A DNA stretch of 64,000 bases from assembly GCF_009914755.1 (NCBI RefSeq), contig NC_060936.1, one strand, 5' to 3'. The DNA is from the human T2T-CHM13v2.0 reference genome, Homo sapiens. A program made the position numbers and the translations under genes. Under the pieces are notes generated by a model. The model did no database searches. It had not been told where the DNA came from and saw nothing but the letters and a program-made list of their open reading frames with translations. Below are positions 61,212-64,000 of the stretch, in pieces. Numbering within the stretch: position 1 is the first letter of the stretch; the number at the start of each line of letters is the position of its first letter.

Positions 61212-64000
61212 CTAGAGACACAGATTGAGTTAATGTGCATGCAAAGTCTATTTCATGGATTAACGATTTCTCTGCATTTGTTTTAATTGAGATTACTAGG
61301 ACCTTTTTTAATCAAACGGAATTTAAAACTGCTAATTTCATTTGTCTTGTTAACATTCTAAAATAGAACATCTTACTCCATTGTCAACACAAAATATAAC
61401 TAATGAATCATGAGAGCTATGTTACAAGAGATATTTTAAATATTGGTGAAAAGGTACTTCAAATGCAAAAGTGACTTACTATATACCACACTAAAATATA
61501 ATCATATTTTCCCTCACTGTTTCCTAAATAGGCATTTCATAATGATGTTTTAATAAAAAAAAAGGTGAACAGGTATCAGTAACATATTTTACAGAAATGG
61601 TATACAATTTAAAGAATTTAGCACAATTGTTAAAATGAAATATTAATATATATTAGCAAATCGAAACCTAAAATAAATTTAAGCAATAATTAGAATTAAT
61701 CTATAAAATTACAAATTCCATGTGTTAGAAATATAATATAAACTTATTGATAACGGCTTCCTAGTCTCACTATATGGCAGGCGATATGCAACTTTGTTTA
61801 CCTTTGGGTTGTGAAAGAATATCTTCTATTTTTGCTTAACAAAGAATGAAAATAGCTTATGTTGTCTTTGAAGTGTTCTAATTTGTTTTATAAGTATATT
61901 ATCTCAACCATTTCTACATACAGATATCAAAAATATTTCTGATACAATTTATAATCCAAAATAGATACTCAGAGTTACAGAAAATCTTAGCCAAGAAAGC
62001 ACAATATCCTAAACATTTTGAAAGATGTTACTTCATGCTGTGTTTTTAACAGTGCTGGCATAGAATTTTGGCAAATTGCAATATGAAATTAAATATCCAG
62101 GATTTATTTCTACAGTGTGCTCATAATATTCATTTAGATAAAAATCTTAACCTCCACACACAATCTTTGATAGAAGTACAAAAGAATTGGAGTTAACATG
62201 GCTTTAAGATGCTTCTAAGTGACTCAAAGTTAACATATCATAGAATGAAAATTAAACTGAATTGTGTTTGGTCTAAACAAATAATGACCATGCAAATTTT
62301 GTTAAGGTTGTGCAAATTAATTCTCCTGGGTAGTTTTAACATCAAATTCTATCCAACTATTTTCCCCCCAGAAGTACAGCCTAAAGATCATCTTAAGTGA
62401 CCAATAATAGTGACGATGATGAAGATGATGATTGACACTAATGTCACTGACTCATTATGAAAAGACGTCAGTATTTTGGAGGAAAGGGAGTATTATCTTT
62501 TTCTGCTCCATTTTCATTTTTTTGCGGACTTGAACCAATCCTAAAATCCACTTCGACAATCTAGTATCCCACATAAATAACATACCTAAAAGAGTAAGGT
62601 TCTAGGATTAGTGGAGAGCTTAAATCCTAGGAGTAATCTGAACAGACCTCCATGGAATTCAAAGCTAAAACCTTGGCAACACTGACAGTGCTATCTAATG
62701 AACCTACCCTCAGCAGGCCCAATACATGATAGCTTAAAAATACATCCAATTTCAGAACGCTATTGGCAATATGGTATTTTTTCTAGCCAATCTTCTTTTC
62801 TATATTATGTCAGAAGAATAGAAATCTTATAAACGGCCTAATGAAATATGAATTGAATTGATAGTATAAGAGTCTATATATACCACAAAATCAAATGAAA
62901 TATCAGTGTTAGTGCAGGAGTTTCTTCTTAAAGAAGCCAGATTCTTTGAAAAAACAAAACAAAACAAATCTTTACCTATTTACAAATGAAGCACTTCATA
63001 TTTACAGCTCAGTTTTGCAAATGAAAATAAAAAGTAAAGGACAACAAATATGAAAAAGTAATAGAATCTCATACTAAATGAGTACATAAAGCTAAGTATA
63101 CTTAAAATTAGGGATGATTAAGCAATTAAATTCAGGAATGAATGACATAAAATAAAACCTTAATAATTTTTAATATGGTATCTTTTTAATGTTAAAGATA
63201 ATTTATTATTTAAAGTACCCTATGCAAGGAAGTCCCTTAAATTTACTAATATATATTATTCTGTCTTACAAACATTGTTCTTATATTGGCCAATGTGTAC
63301 AAACCCTCAAAGATTGTTTAGAAAACTACACACACCTCATTCACTAAGAAAAAAAAAAAAAACTATACTTTAAATATTTCAAGCCAAATCTATATTTGGT
63401 ATTTTGACTTATCCAACTGTCATATTTTTAAAAGGTAGCAATTGTACATACTAAAATCAATAAAAATTTAAATAATATATATTTTTTAAAAAGCATTTTC
63501 ATTTGAATAGTTGATAATATCTTTGTGCTGTTAAGTGATGCCCTCTCACTTAATTTTTTTACATAGGCTTTGATTTGTAAATAATCTATATGCTTATACT
63601 TTATTTTAAATGGATGAGCCATTCAGTATTTCTGTCCATTAAGTTTAATTAATTACAAATGAAATTTAAAGGTATAGTCTTTAGACTAATGAAGGATTTT
63701 AAAAGCCAAAGATCAAGACCTCTCTATGTTGTTTCTTAATGAATTATGGTTAAATATGAATTTAAGATAAAACAACAAAAATTTTTCTAATAACTTGAAT
63801 TTAAGCTGACTATCTTACAGGCCTAGGCTGGTTTCATTAACTGAAACATGATGGTAATGAATCGAGGGGCACAAGTACATCTATGTAAGAATCGTCTTTG
63901 CTAATCTATGAATAGAAAGAGCAGAAGCTTATACACATTACAACTGAAAACATGAAAAAATACAAACTAATCTCTTCTATTAAAAAAGCATTTAAGCTGG

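Noticed and set aside
61212-64000. Search for a further upstream ITPR2 exon (and a downstream one in 1-3270)
   Set aside because: No IP3R-like peptide with splice sites found; neighbouring exons must lie outside the window.

Overview
This is human genomic DNA (a diagnostic AluYa5 is present). It is AT-rich and lies entirely inside one minus-strand gene, ITPR2 (inositol 1,4,5-trisphosphate receptor type 2). Seven internal coding exons were delimited by hand from splice sites: 61116-61211, 59500-59622, 27763-27870, 23346-23538, 20440-20565, 12132-12307 and 3271-3435. They join in frame (987 nt, 329 codons, no stops). They encode the end of the cytosolic coupling region, the juxtamembrane region and the first transmembrane helices. 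One intron uses a non-canonical GC donor. The rest is intron containing Alu, L1, L2, CR1, MIR, MaLR/ERV1 LTR and hAT/mariner relics. The most unusual structure is a non-Alu inverted duplication with ~720-bp arms about 97% identical (14792-15514 and 17638-18346) around a 2.1-kb spacer, inside the GC-AG intron. Other notable items are an older ~200-bp direct duplication, a MER41B solo LTR with one intact GAS site, a MADE1 fragment nested in an Alu, a trimeric Alu, a young AluYa5 and several hairpin-forming repeats. I see no convincing new protein-coding system. Repeat subfamily calls come from remembered consensus sequences, not a RepeatMasker run, and boundaries of old repeats are approximate.
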